Assembly: GCA_036403155.1 (NCBI GenBank) | Contig: DASWRM010000045.1 | Location: 44,062 to 108,061, forward strand | Reading direction: 5' to 3' | DNA: 64,000 bases | From: Gaiellales bacterium | GTDB taxonomy: Bacteria; Actinomycetota; Thermoleophilia; Gaiellales; JAICJC01 | In this document: positions 35,699-46,554 of the stretch, piece by piece | Layout: every line of letters starts with the position of its first letter | Position numbering within the stretch: the first letter of the stretch is position 1 | Translations under genes and position numbers: made by a program | The notes under the pieces: generated by a model | The model's database searches: none | Seen by the model: the letters and a program-made list of their open reading frames with translations, nothing else | Told to the model about the DNA's origin: nothing

Positions 35699-37022
35699 CC
35701 GGTCATCCACAGCGCTCATCGTCGTCGACGTGCAGAACGACTTCTGCCCCGGCGGCGCGCTCGGCGTCGACGGAGGCGACCGGCTCGGCAGCGCGATCGC
35801 ACAGGCCGCCGAGCAGGTCGGGACGGTCGTCGCCACGCGCGACCGTCACCCGGCGAATCACATGTCGTTTCGAGACCAGGGCGGCCCCTGGCCGCCCCAC
35901 TGCGTCGATGGAACCTCCGGCGCGGAGCTGCACCCATCGGTCGCCGGGCTGCGGTTCGACATCGTCCAGGACAAGGGCGGCGACGCCGGGCGCGAGCAGT
36001 ACTCCGGGTTCGACGGCACGGATCTCGCCCAGGCACTCCGTGACCGCGGCGTCACGCGCGTCCTGGTGTCAGGTCTGACGACGGGCTGCGTGCGTGCGAC
36101 CGCGCTCGACGCGATCCGGGCAGGTTTCGAGACGACGGTGCTCGTGGACGCCGTCGCAGCGGTCGACGTGGAGGAGGGAGGCGGCGACCAGGCTCTTCGC
36201 GATGTCAGCGCCGCCGGCGGCCGCCTCGACAAGCTGCAGCTGCTGCGCGGTCGGGACCAGCTCCAGCCGCTGCTCGCAGAGAAGGTGGAGCAGCTGCGCA
36301 CGGCGGTCAACGGAGCCGGCTTCAGCCGCGTCGTGATCGGACTGTCCGGCGGGATCGACTCGTCGCTCTCGCTTGCGATCGCGGCCCGCGCTCTCGGCCC
36401 CGAGAACGTCACCGCGATCACGCTGCCGTCGCGGCATACCGAGCAGGTGCACATCGACGACGCCCGGGCCTGCGCCGCGGCGGCGGGGCTGCCGGATCAG
36501 AACTTCCTGACCGCCTCGATCGAGCCGATCCTCGAAGGCGTCAGCGCGGTGCGGCCGTCGGCGCCCGGCGATCCGCTCCGGTTCGGCAACGCGAGCGCCC
36601 GCGCCCGCATGATCGCGATCTACGACCTCGCTCAGGAGCGTCGCGCCCTGGTCATGGGGACCGAGAACCGCAGTGAGTACTTCCTCGGCTACTTCACCCG
36701 GTTCGGTGACGCCGCGTCCGACGTCGAGCCGATCTGGGACCTCTACAAGACGGAGGTCAAGCTCGCCGCCGAGCTGATGGGACAGCCGGAGGCGGTGCTG
36801 GTGAAGCATCCCACCGCGGGCCTGTGGGGCGGCCAGACCGACGAGGACGAGCTCGGATTCACCTACCGCGAGGCCGACCTCGCAATCGTCTGCCTCGAGG
36901 AGCTGCAGCTCGATGTCGGCGCGGCCGCCGAGCGCAGCGGTGTCGACCGCGAGGTCGTCGAGCGGGTGAAGGCCCGGGTCGATTCCGTCGCCTGGAAGCA
37001 CCACGTCCCCTACGTGCTGTGA
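35691..37022 (+). CDS. fusion protein: nicotinamidase (PncA, isochorismatase fold) plus NH3-dependent NAD+ synthetase (NadE)
   Basis: N-terminal half: ALIVVDVQNDFCPGG, HPANH, WPPHCV, and the catalytic Cys in SGLTTGCVRATALDA. C-terminal half: the PP-loop GLSGGIDSS, then TENRSEYFLGYFTRFGD and PTAGLW. It is a single uninterrupted 443-aa frame that overlaps the pncB stop by 8 nt. Confidence 0.8.
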   Translation: MPDRSSTALIVVDVQNDFCPGGALGVDGGDRLGSAIAQAAEQVGTVVATRDRHPANHMSFRDQGGPWPPHCVDGTSGAELHPSVAGLRFDIVQDKGGDAGREQYSGFDGTDLAQALRDRGVTRVLVSGLTTGCVRATALDAIRAGFETTVLVDAVAAVDVEEGGGDQALRDVSAAGGRLDKLQLLRGRDQLQPLLAEKVEQLRTAVNGAGFSRVVIGLSGGIDSSLSLAIAARALGPENVTAITLPSRHTEQVHIDDARACAAAAGLPDQNFLTASIEPILEGVSAVRPSAPGDPLRFGNASARARMIAIYDLAQERRALVMGTENRSEYFLGYFTRFGDAASDVEPIWDLYKTEVKLAAELMGQPEAVLVKHPTAGLWGGQTDEDELGFTYREADLAIVCLEELQLDVGAAAERSGVDREVVERVKARVDSVAWKHHVPYVL

Positions 37023-37399
37023 CGCTCGACATCGACCACACCGTCGTCACGGTCACCGATTGGGAGCGGTCGAACGCGTTCTACCGCGACGTGCTGGGAG
37101 CCGAGATCGTGCCGCGCGGCCCGGTCTATGCATACCGGTTCGGCAACGCGCAGCTGAACCTGCACGGCCCGGGATTCGACGCCCATCCGTTGCCCCTGGC
37201 GCCGACGCCCGCGGGTGGGAGCGACCTGTGCTTCGTCTGGAACGGGCCGGTGCACACGGCCGTGGAGCACCTCCGGTCGCATGGCGTCGACGTCATCGAG
37301 GGCCCGGTCGAGCGCCAGGGCGCCCGCGGACTGGGCACGAGCGTGTACTTCCGCGACCCCGACGGCAGCCTGCTCGAGCTGATCAGCTACCAGGGCTGA
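37019..37399 (+). CDS. VOC/glyoxalase-family protein
   Basis: GTGA overlap with the upstream gene. IDHTVVTVTDWERSNAFYRDVLGAE...YFRDPDGSLLELISY. Confidence 0.8.
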   Translation: MTLDIDHTVVTVTDWERSNAFYRDVLGAEIVPRGPVYAYRFGNAQLNLHGPGFDAHPLPLAPTPAGGSDLCFVWNGPVHTAVEHLRSHGVDVIEGPVERQGARGLGTSVYFRDPDGSLLELISYQG

Positions 37400-37434
37400 C
37401 GGCCCGCACCGCGGGTGATGCGAGGGGTGATGGG

Positions 37435-37469
37435 CGGCGGGGTCAGCCCCTCATGGGCAGACCCCGCCG
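37435..37469. terminator. hairpin between convergent genes (candidate bidirectional terminator)
   Basis: CGGCGGGGTC ... GACCCCGCCG (10-bp stem) enclosing an inner GCCC/GGGC pairing. There is no U-tract. Confidence 0.35.
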
Positions 37470-37485
37470 GTGTATCGAACGCCGC

Positions 37486-38529
37486 CTACGCGGCGCGCAG
37501 AGGCTGCATGTCCGCCGACGCTGCCAGCTCGCGCAGCGCCTCGGCCTCCAGCTGGCGCACCCGCTCGCGGGTCAGCCCGACGATCCGGCCGATCTCCTCC
37601 AGGTTGCGCGGGTCGTTGCCGTCGAGCCCGAACCGCAGCTCGAGGATCAGGCGCTTGCGCTCGCCCAGCCGAGCCAGGCCCTCGCGCAGCTTCTCGTGGC
37701 GCAGCTGCGCCTCGGCCAGCTCCTCGGGGTTCCCGGCGTCGGGGTCGGCGATCATGTCGCCCAGCTCAGAGTCGCCGTCCTCGCCCACCGGCTCGTGCAT
37801 CGAGACCGTCTTGCGCGCGAGGCTGAGCGTCTCGGCCACGGCGTCGACCGTCAGCTCCGCCGCCTTCGCGATCTCCTCGTCCGTCGGCTCGCGGCCGAGG
37901 CTCGCCTCCAGCGAGCGGCGAGACCGCTCGATGGCGCGCAGCCGGTCGGAGACGTGGACGGGCAGGCGGATGGTGCGACCGCTGTTTGCGATCGACCGCT
38001 GCACCGCCTGGCGGATCCACCAAGTCGCGTACGTCGAGAACTTGAGGTCGCGACGCCAGTCGAACTTCTCGACCGCGCGGTTCAGGCCGAGGACGCCCTC
38101 CTGGATCAGATCCAGGAACGGCACGCCCTGTCCGCGGTACTGCTTCGCGATCGACACCACCAGGCGCAGGTTCGACTCGATCATCCGGCGCTTGGCGATC
38201 AGGTCGCCGCTTTCGATCGCCTTCGCGAGCTGTACCTCTTCGTCCTTGGTCAGAAGCGGGTAGCGGCCGGCCTGCCGGAGAAACAGGTCGAGGCTGTTGG
38301 TCGTCGCGATCTCGACGTCGACCACCTCCACGCGCTCCTCGGGAGCCGGCGGCTCCACGATGTCGATGCCGAGGCCCGACAGCTCGTCCCGCAGCGCCTG
38401 GACGTCATCTGCATCGAGGTCGATCTCCTGGGCCAGTCCGAGCAGCTCGTCCTCGTACAGGACGCCGCGCTCTTGGCCGAGCTCGACAAGGAGCCGGGCT
38501 TCCGGCTCGATGACGACCTGGTCAGTCAT
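37486..38529 (-). CDS. RNA polymerase sigma-70 factor, principal/group-2 type
   Basis: Region 2 ([29 protein letters not shown]), region 3, and region 4.2 ([22 protein letters not shown]). The ATG at 38529 is preceded by GAGGAGAGTGG. The longer ORF start at 38607 is also possible. Confidence 0.9.
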   Translation of the reverse strand: MTDQVVIEPEARLLVELGQERGVLYEDELLGLAQEIDLDADDVQALRDELSGLGIDIVEPPAPEERVEVVDVEIATTNSLDLFLRQAGRYPLLTKDEEVQLAKAIESGDLIAKRRMIESNLRLVVSIAKQYRGQGVPFLDLIQEGVLGLNRAVEKFDWRRDLKFSTYATWWIRQAVQRSIANSGRTIRLPVHVSDRLRAIERSRRSLEASLGREPTDEEIAKAAELTVDAVAETLSLARKTVSMHEPVGEDGDSELGDMIADPDAGNPEELAEAQLRHEKLREGLARLGERKRLILELRFGLDGNDPRNLEEIGRIVGLTRERVRQLEAEALRELAASADMQPLRAA

Positions 38530-38851
38530 TCCACTCTCCTCGCTCACGTGTTCAGGGCGCGCCGGTCGCCCGGCTGCCGCGTTGCTCTTAACGTTCGTTC
38601 TGGCCACGCTATTCCCGCCCCGATGCCGGTTCAGGTTCTACGTCGAACCGGTTGGCGCCGGATTAAGCGTGCCGGCTGATGATCGACCACACGTCGGATA
38701 GACCCCGTCCCATCCCGGGCCCGTGTTCACCGTATCCCGCCCGGCAAACCCGGATAATCCCCGGTTTGAGGTGATCGTAGGCCCAATATATCCCCCGCCG
38801 GCCGCGAAGGATAGGGGGTACGAACGGCCCGAACGCAGTTCTTACGCCGTC

Positions 38852-40000
38852 TTAACCGGAGATACGCACGGCGCCGTCGTACACGGCCGAATACCAGGAA
38901 TCGTTGAGGTTCCCGTACTGCACGACCGTGCCCGTGTGCGGTGCGTGGATGAAGACGCCGCCGCCGATGTAGATGCCGACGTGGTCGAGGTTGTAGAAGA
39001 AGACCAGGTCGCCCGGCGCAAGGTCGCTGCGCGAGACATGCGCTCCCGAGCCCCACAGCGAGCCGGTGTAGTGAGGCAGCGAGACGCCCAGCTGCCCGTA
39101 CACGTAGACGACGAGGCCGGAGCAGTCGAAGCCCGAGGGACTGGCGCCGCCCCACACGTAGGGGACGCCGAGGTAGCGCTGCGCCACGGCCGCCGCCTGC
39201 TGGCCGAGGGTGCCCGCGGGCGGTGGGTTGTAGCTCCCGCCGCCGCCACCGTCACCACCGCCGCCACTGCTGCCCCCGCCGCCGGATGACTCCTGCTGCT
39301 GCTGCGCCACCGCCGCGGCCCGGCGCGCCGCTGCCGCGGCCCGCGCCCGGTCGCGCTGGGCGATCAGCCGGCGGAGGTTCCCCTTGACGGAGCCGAGCAG
39401 CTGCTGTCGCTGGTGGAGCTGGCTCTCGATCGCGGCCTTCTGCGCGCGCTTCTGCGCGACCAGCCTGGTCGCGGCCGCCTCGTCCTTCTTGAGCTGAGCC
39501 TGGCGGGTCGCGATCTCGTGCTCCGCCGTGGTCACCGCGTCGAGCAGTTCGTGCTCCGACTTCGCCACGCGCTGGACGTACTCCACCCGGTTGACGAGAT
39601 CGGTGAACGAGCCGGAGCCGAGCACGTAGGCGGCCGGGTCGTCGTTGCCGTTGCCCTTGTAGGCACCGACGAGGAACTCGGCGAGCTGTGCCTGCGCCAC
39701 CTTCAGGTTATGGCGGGCCACCCTCAGCCGGATGGTGTTCTCATGGATCTGCCCGCGTACGTCGGACAGGTGCTGGCGGGCGCCGTCGTAGGCGTTGATG
39801 GACGCCTCGAGCTTCACGTCGAAGGCGTTCAGCTGCTGCTCGATGCTCTGGATCTCGGCGCGCGTCTGGCTGATCTTGTCCGCCTGCGCAGGGCCGGCCA
39901 GCGCGGCAACGGCACACGCCGTCACCGTCGCCAGGATCCCGGTGCGCCGCGCCCACGTGCCCCTGTGAGGACGCCGCCGTTGTCCGGTCAGCATCGGCAT
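38852..40000 (-). CDS. secreted NlpC/P60 peptidoglycan endopeptidase with an N-terminal coiled coil (RipA-like architecture)
   Basis: Signal peptide, a long coiled coil, a Gly/Ser linker, and a C-terminal NlpC/P60 domain with the catalytic Cys (GFDCSGLVVYVY) and His (HVGIYIGGGVFIHAP). Confidence 0.85.
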   Translation of the reverse strand: MPMLTGQRRRPHRGTWARRTGILATVTACAVAALAGPAQADKISQTRAEIQSIEQQLNAFDVKLEASINAYDGARQHLSDVRGQIHENTIRLRVARHNLKVAQAQLAEFLVGAYKGNGNDDPAAYVLGSGSFTDLVNRVEYVQRVAKSEHELLDAVTTAEHEIATRQAQLKKDEAAATRLVAQKRAQKAAIESQLHQRQQLLGSVKGNLRRLIAQRDRARAAAAARRAAAVAQQQQESSGGGGSSGGGGDGGGGGSYNPPPAGTLGQQAAAVAQRYLGVPYVWGGASPSGFDCSGLVVYVYGQLGVSLPHYTGSLWGSGAHVSRSDLAPGDLVFFYNLDHVGIYIGGGVFIHAPHTGTVVQYGNLNDSWYSAVYDGAVRISG

Positions 40001-40144
40001 GGGCGCGGACTCTACCAGCCTGGAGTGACGACAACAACGACAGCACGCAGATGTTTACGAGCAGCTAACAGTCGAGATTGTTCTGCGGGTTACACGTTCG
40101 GCGGCGGGTGAAGTGGCTGCAAACCCGCGGGTTGCCGCCCGTCG

Positions 40145-40188
40145 TTGACACGGTGGGGGAAAGTGGGGTATTGTGGGTCGAAATGGGA
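40145..40188 (+). promoter_or_regulatory. candidate mraZ/dcw promoter with a phased GTGGG operator array
   Basis: -35 TTGACA (40145-40150), an 18-nt spacer, and -10 TATTGT (40169-40174). Direct repeats GTGGGG, GTGGGG, GTGGGT and ATGGGA start at 40153, 40163, 40173 and 40183, an exact 10-bp period. Confidence 0.55.
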
Positions 40189-40198
40189 GACCCGCCCT

Positions 40199-40627
40199 GT
40201 GCTGCTCGGCGAATACGCACAACGACTTGATGCCAAGAACCGCCTCACCCTTCCCGCAAAGCTGCGGTCATCCTTTGCGGAGGGCGTTGTGGTCACCAAG
40301 GGCCTCGACGGCTGCCTGTTCGTCTTTCCGCGCAGCAGCTGGGGCTCGTTCGTCGCGGCGCGGCTGGAGCGGCTGGACCCGTTCAGCCGCGAGGCGCGCC
40401 GGCTCAGCAGGTGGTTCTACGGCGGCGCGAACGAGTGCGAGCTGGACGGGCAGGGCCGCATCATGCTGACGCAGTCGCTGCTGCAGCACGGAAAGCTGGA
40501 CAAGGACATCGTCGTCGCCGGCGCGCGCGACTACCTCGAGGTGTGGGACGCGGGGGAGTGGGAGCGCGTGCAGGCAGAATCCGAGGGGAGCGTGGAGGAT
40601 GTTGCCGAACGTCTCTCACAGCCGTAG
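40199..40627 (+). CDS. mraZ: transcriptional regulator MraZ
   Basis: GTG start after a GGGAG RBS. There are two SpoVT/AbrB-like halves with DxxxR motifs (LDAKNRLTLPAKLR and LDGQGRIMLTQSLL). Confidence 0.9.
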   Translation: MLLGEYAQRLDAKNRLTLPAKLRSSFAEGVVVTKGLDGCLFVFPRSSWGSFVAARLERLDPFSREARRLSRWFYGGANECELDGQGRIMLTQSLLQHGKLDKDIVVAGARDYLEVWDAGEWERVQAESEGSVEDVAERLSQP

Positions 40628-40634
40628 CGCTGCC

Positions 40635-41570
40635 ATGGATCATGTCCCCGTTCTCGCGTCGGAGGTTGCCGAGCTGCTCGACCTGCAGCCCGGGGACACC
40701 GTGGTCGACGGAACGTTCGGCGCGGGAGGACACGCCGCCCTGCTCGAGCCTCAGCTCCACGGAAACGGCTGCTACATCGCGATCGACCGCGATCCCGAGG
40801 CGGAGCTGCACTACAGGACGTTCGCCGCAGAGGCCGCGGCCCCGACGCGCTTCATCCAGGGCAACTTCGCGCTCGTCATGCGCAACCTGGCGGCGGCCGG
40901 CACGACCGTCAACGCCGTGCTGCTCGACCTCGGCATCTCCTCCATGCAGGTCGACCGGCCCGAGCGGGGTTTCAGCTACGCGGCCGACGCGCCGCTCGAC
41001 ATGCGCATGGATCCCGGCGGCGACCTGACGGCGGCCGACATCGTGAACGAGTGGGACGAGCGCGAGATCGCCCAGACGCTGCGCGAGTACGGCGAGGAGC
41101 GGTTCTCGCGGCAGATCGCCCGCGCCATCGCCCGGCGCCGAGCGCGCGAGCCGTTCGGCCGCACCGGCGACCTCGTCGACGTGATCAAGTCTGCGATACC
41201 GACGCCGAGCAGGTTCGGACAGGGGCATCCGGCGAAGCGGTCGTTCCAGGCGCTGCGGATCGCGGTGAACGACGAGCTCGAGTCGCTGCGCGAGGCTCTC
41301 GATCTGGCGCTCGAGCTGCTCACGCCGGGCGGGCGCATCGCAGTCATCAGCTTCCACTCGCTGGAGGACCGCATCGTCAAGCGGTTCATCCGCGACGGCG
41401 CGCGCGGCTGCACCTGCCCGCCGGACTTTCCGATCTGCGTATGCGGTCACGAGCCGCTGCTCCGTGCGCTGACCACGCGCGCCGTCGTGCCCAGCGTGGA
41501 TGAGCGGTGCGTGAATCCGCGCTCCGCCTCCGCGAAGCTCCGCGCCGCCGAACGGACGCCGGCCGGGTGA
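40635..41570 (+). CDS. rsmH: 16S rRNA (cytosine1402-N4)-methyltransferase
   Basis: HVPVLASEV..VDGTFGAGGH, SFHSLEDRIVKRF. Confidence 0.9.
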   Translation: MDHVPVLASEVAELLDLQPGDTVVDGTFGAGGHAALLEPQLHGNGCYIAIDRDPEAELHYRTFAAEAAAPTRFIQGNFALVMRNLAAAGTTVNAVLLDLGISSMQVDRPERGFSYAADAPLDMRMDPGGDLTAADIVNEWDEREIAQTLREYGEERFSRQIARAIARRRAREPFGRTGDLVDVIKSAIPTPSRFGQGHPAKRSFQALRIAVNDELESLREALDLALELLTPGGRIAVISFHSLEDRIVKRFIRDGARGCTCPPDFPICVCGHEPLLRALTTRAVVPSVDERCVNPRSASAKLRAAERTPAG

Positions 41571-42040
41571 GCCTCGCAGCCCCCGCACCGGCACGCCCGC
41601 CTCGCACGCGGCGCAAGCCGGCGGCACAGCCGCCCAGGCGTCCTCGGGCGGCGGGCAAGCAGGCGCTCGCACGACCGCGCAGCGGGCGCTCCCCGGTTGG
41701 CGCGGGCGTCGTGTGGGTGCTCGTCATCGCGACGCTGCTCGGCGGGGTGGTGGCGCTGAACGTCGGCGCGCTCCGAAACTCGATCGAGGCGAGCCGCGTC
41801 TCCGGCCAGGTGGCGGAGCTGCGAGCTCAGAATCAGGCACTGCAGTCGAACATCGCCCAGGACTCCGGGATCGGCCGGATCAGCCTGCAGGCCAAGCGGC
41901 TGGGCATGGTGCAGGCCGAGCCGGCCAAGCGCGACTTCCTGCGGCTGCACCCGGTGGCGCGCCATACGACGCGGACGGTGCTCGCCCGTGGACCGGCGGC
42001 GCACGTCCCGCCGGCCGGCCGGTCGCAAAGGACGCCGTGA
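41567..42040 (+). CDS. ftsL: FtsL-like cell division protein (bitopic, coiled coil)
   Basis: The call rests on its position between rsmH and ftsI, with GTGA overlaps at both ends. It has a basic N-terminal tail, one TM segment (VVWVLVIATLLGGVVAL), and a short coiled coil (VAELRAQNQALQSNI). Confidence 0.55.
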   Translation: MSLAAPAPARPPRTRRKPAAQPPRRPRAAGKQALARPRSGRSPVGAGVVWVLVIATLLGGVVALNVGALRNSIEASRVSGQVAELRAQNQALQSNIAQDSGIGRISLQAKRLGMVQAEPAKRDFLRLHPVARHTTRTVLARGPAAHVPPAGRSQRTP

Positions 42041-43773
42041 CCAGGCAGGCGAGGCAGCGCCTGAGGCTGATCGTCACGCTGTTCGGGCTTGCGTTCGCGA
42101 TGGTCGTCGGGCGAGCCGTCTACATCCAGGTCGTGCAGGCGGACGCGCTCGCGGCGCGCGCTCACGGACAGCAGAGCAGCACCGTGGTCATGCGCACGCC
42201 GCGCGGCGAGATCGTCGACCGTGACGGAAACCTGCTCGCGGAGGACGTGCCGTCGAAGGACGTGTGGTTCCATCCGGCCGAGATCGACGATCCGGCGCAG
42301 ACCGCGTCGTACGTCGCACAGAAGCTGGGCTACACGCTGAAGCACCGGAAGCAGCTGATGCGTGAGGTCAAGCATCTCACCGGCCTCCTGACAGCCCCGC
42401 ACACGACCGACCCGCGCGCGCAGTCCCGCCTGCTGCAGCAGGTCGATCCGACGCTGGCGAGCGAGATCATGGCGTCCAGGCCGCCGGGCCTGTTCCTGAT
42501 GAACTCGGTTCGGCGCACCTACCCCTCCAAGAAGCTCGCATCGCAGCTGCTCGGGTTCGTCGACGTCGACGACGACGGGGCGAACGGCGCGGGGATCGAG
42601 CAGCAGTACAACCGCTATCTGACCGGCCGCAGCGGCCGGAAGCTCGAGGTGCGCGGGCCGGGCGGCATCTCGCTCGACACGGTGGTCGTCCGGCAGGTCG
42701 AGCGCGCCCACCGCGTCCAGCTGACGATCGACCGCTCTGTTCAGCACAAGGTGCAGTCCGTGCTCGACGCGACCGTACGCACCACGCGTGCGCACACCGC
42801 CACCGCGATCGTGCTCGATCCCCGAAGCGGCGAGGTGCTCGCGATGGCGACCGCCCCGGGGTACGACAACAACACGGTGCACGACCTGTCCGCGCCCGAG
42901 TTCGCCCGGGATTCGCACAACATGGCCGTCGAGTACTCCTACGAGCCAGGTTCCACGTTCAAGGTCGTGACGTTCGCCGCCGCGCTGACCGCCGGAATCA
43001 TCACGCCCGACACCGAGTTCCGGAACCTGCCCTACAGGCTGCGGGTCGGCGACCGCGTCATCCACGACGACATGGCGCGCGGGCCGATCTCGCTGACGGC
43101 CTCCCAGATCCTCCAGCAGTCGAGCAACGTCGGCACCGTCACGATCGCCGAGATGGTGCAAAAGAACCTGCTGTACTCGTGGATCCGCAGGTGGGGGTTC
43201 GGCCGCCCCAGCGGCATCGGCCTGCATGAGGCGAACCCCGCCCTGCTTCAGCCCGCCGACTGGTATTCGTCCTCGATCGGCAACATCCCGATCGGCCAGG
43301 GCATCGCCGTCACGCCGCTGCAGATGGCCGCCATGTACGCCGGCATCGCTAACGGCGGCGTGATGGTGCAGCCGCACGTGATCAAGCGCATCTCCGGAGA
43401 GCCGGCGCCGAAGGTGGTGCGGCGCCGGATCCTCAGCCCGGAGGTCGACCACACGCTGGTGGGCATGCTGAAGGGCGTGGTCGACACGGCGGCCGGCACC
43501 GGCGTGCGAGCTCGTGTCCCCGGCTACACCGTGGCCGGCAAGACCGGCACCGCGCAGAAGGCGCTCGCGCACGGCCTGGGGTACTCCAAGCGCAACTACG
43601 TCGCCTCGTTCGTCGGGTTCCTGCCGGCCGACGACCCGCGCGTCGAGGTGATGGTCGTGGTGGACTCGCCGCGGACGAACATCTTCGGCGGCTACGTCGC
43701 GGCGCCGGCGTTCCAGCAGATCGCGACGTTCCTCACCAAGGACCTGGCGATCCCGCCCGACCGGCCGCGATAG
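42037..43773 (+). CDS. ftsI: class B penicillin-binding protein / peptidoglycan D,D-transpeptidase FtsI
   Basis: N-terminal TM segment plus SxxK (GSTFKV), SxN (QSSNVG) and KTG (GKTGTA) motifs. Confidence 0.9.
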   Translation: MTRQARQRLRLIVTLFGLAFAMVVGRAVYIQVVQADALAARAHGQQSSTVVMRTPRGEIVDRDGNLLAEDVPSKDVWFHPAEIDDPAQTASYVAQKLGYTLKHRKQLMREVKHLTGLLTAPHTTDPRAQSRLLQQVDPTLASEIMASRPPGLFLMNSVRRTYPSKKLASQLLGFVDVDDDGANGAGIEQQYNRYLTGRSGRKLEVRGPGGISLDTVVVRQVERAHRVQLTIDRSVQHKVQSVLDATVRTTRAHTATAIVLDPRSGEVLAMATAPGYDNNTVHDLSAPEFARDSHNMAVEYSYEPGSTFKVVTFAAALTAGIITPDTEFRNLPYRLRVGDRVIHDDMARGPISLTASQILQQSSNVGTVTIAEMVQKNLLYSWIRRWGFGRPSGIGLHEANPALLQPADWYSSSIGNIPIGQGIAVTPLQMAAMYAGIANGGVMVQPHVIKRISGEPAPKVVRRRILSPEVDHTLVGMLKGVVDTAAGTGVRARVPGYTVAGKTGTAQKALAHGLGYSKRNYVASFVGFLPADDPRVEVMVVVDSPRTNIFGGYVAAPAFQQIATFLTKDLAIPPDRPR

Positions 43774-43792
43774 GTTCTAACCTCCGCCCGGT

Positions 43793-45234
<1,442 letters not shown>

Positions 45235-45238
<4 letters not shown>

Positions 45239-46554
45239 TCGAGCTGCGCACGGCCGAGATCGCCGAGCTCACCCGCGGTGACTCGCATGCGGACGCGATC
45301 GTCACCGGCGTGACGGTCGATTCCCGCGCCGTGCAGCCCGGCGACCTGTTCGTGGCGCTCGCCGGGGAGCGGGCCGACGGCACCGCCTTCGCAGACCAGG
45401 CACTGGGCGCCGGAGCGGCCGCGGCGCTGGTCCGCCGCGGCGCGGAAGGGCCAGGCCGCATCGCGGTCGACGACCCGCTTGCGGCGCTCGGCGTGCTCGC
45501 CCGAGAGGTGCGGCTGCGGTCGCGTGCGCGCGTCGTCGGCATCACCGGGTCGACCGGCAAGACGTCGACAAAGGACATCCTCGCGGCTCTCGTGCGCCCG
45601 CACGCTGCTGTCGTGGCCAGCCGGCAGAACGAGAACAACGAGCTCGGCGTCCCGCTCACGCTGACGCGGATCGACGTTGCCACCGAGGTCGCGGTCGTCG
45701 AGATGGCCATGCGCGGCCTCGGCCAGATCGCGTACCTCGCCGAGATCGCCCGCCCGCAGATCGGCATCGTCACGGGCGTCGGGCCGGTGCACCTGGAGCT
45801 GCTGGGGACGGTCGAGAACGTTGCCGCGGCAAAGGCGGAGCTGCTCGAGGCGCTGCCCGCGGACGGCGTCGCCATCGTGCCGTTCGCAGAGCCGCTGCTC
45901 GATCCGCACGTCGAGAGGCTGGACTGCACGGTCGTGACGTTCGGGGCGGCTCCCGGGGCCGACGTGAGGCTGCTCGATTTCCGGCCGGGCGCGGGGCAGG
46001 GCGAGGCGGAGATCGACGTTCGCGGTCGAACCTTGCGGGTGTCCGTGACGTTCACCGCGCCCCACAATGCGATCAACCTGACGGCGGCGCTCGCGGCCTA
46101 CGAGTCGCTCGGCTTGCCGCTGGACGACGTGGCCGCGGACCCGCTCGACGTCGCGTTCTCGCGCTGGCGCGGCGAGGAGCTGCCGCTGCCGGGAGGTGGG
46201 CTGCTGATCGCCGACTGCTACAACGCGAACCCCACCTCCATGCGGGCCGCCCTCGAGCACCTGGCGGCGGTGTCCCACGGACGCCGCCGGGTTGCCGTGC
46301 TGGGGGACATGGCCGAGCTCGGCGAGGGTGCGGACGCCTACCACGAGCAGGTCGGCGTCACGGCGGCCGAGCTGGGAATCGACCAGGTGGTGGCCGTCGG
46401 GCGCCGAGCCCGCCTGTACGGCGGGCGGTGGTTCGCGACGGTCGACGACGCCCGCGAGGCGCTGGCCGGCTTGATCCAGCCCGGTGACGTCGTGCTTGTC
46501 AAGGCCAGCCGGTCGATGGGGCTCGAGGCGCTGGTGGAGGCGATCGAGCCGTGA
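45235..46554 (+). CDS. murF: UDP-N-acetylmuramoyl-tripeptide--D-alanyl-D-alanine ligase
   Basis: ATGA overlap with murE. GITGSTGKTSTK, and DCYNANPTSM. Confidence 0.9.

Noticed and set aside
40001-40144. Possible c-di-AMP (ydaO-type) riboswitch in the leader of the NlpC/P60 gene. On the minus strand, GACUGUUAGCUGCUCGUAAAC resembles the conserved 3' ..GACAGCUAACCUCGUAAGC.. element, and such riboswitches are known upstream of actinobacterial cell-wall hydrolases.
   Set aside because: The other conserved G-rich elements (GGGGA.CCA, GGGGUGAAUC) are absent. The region upstream on that strand is C-rich and overlaps the mraZ promoter. A cmsearch with RF00379 would settle it; by eye it is not a ydaO riboswitch.
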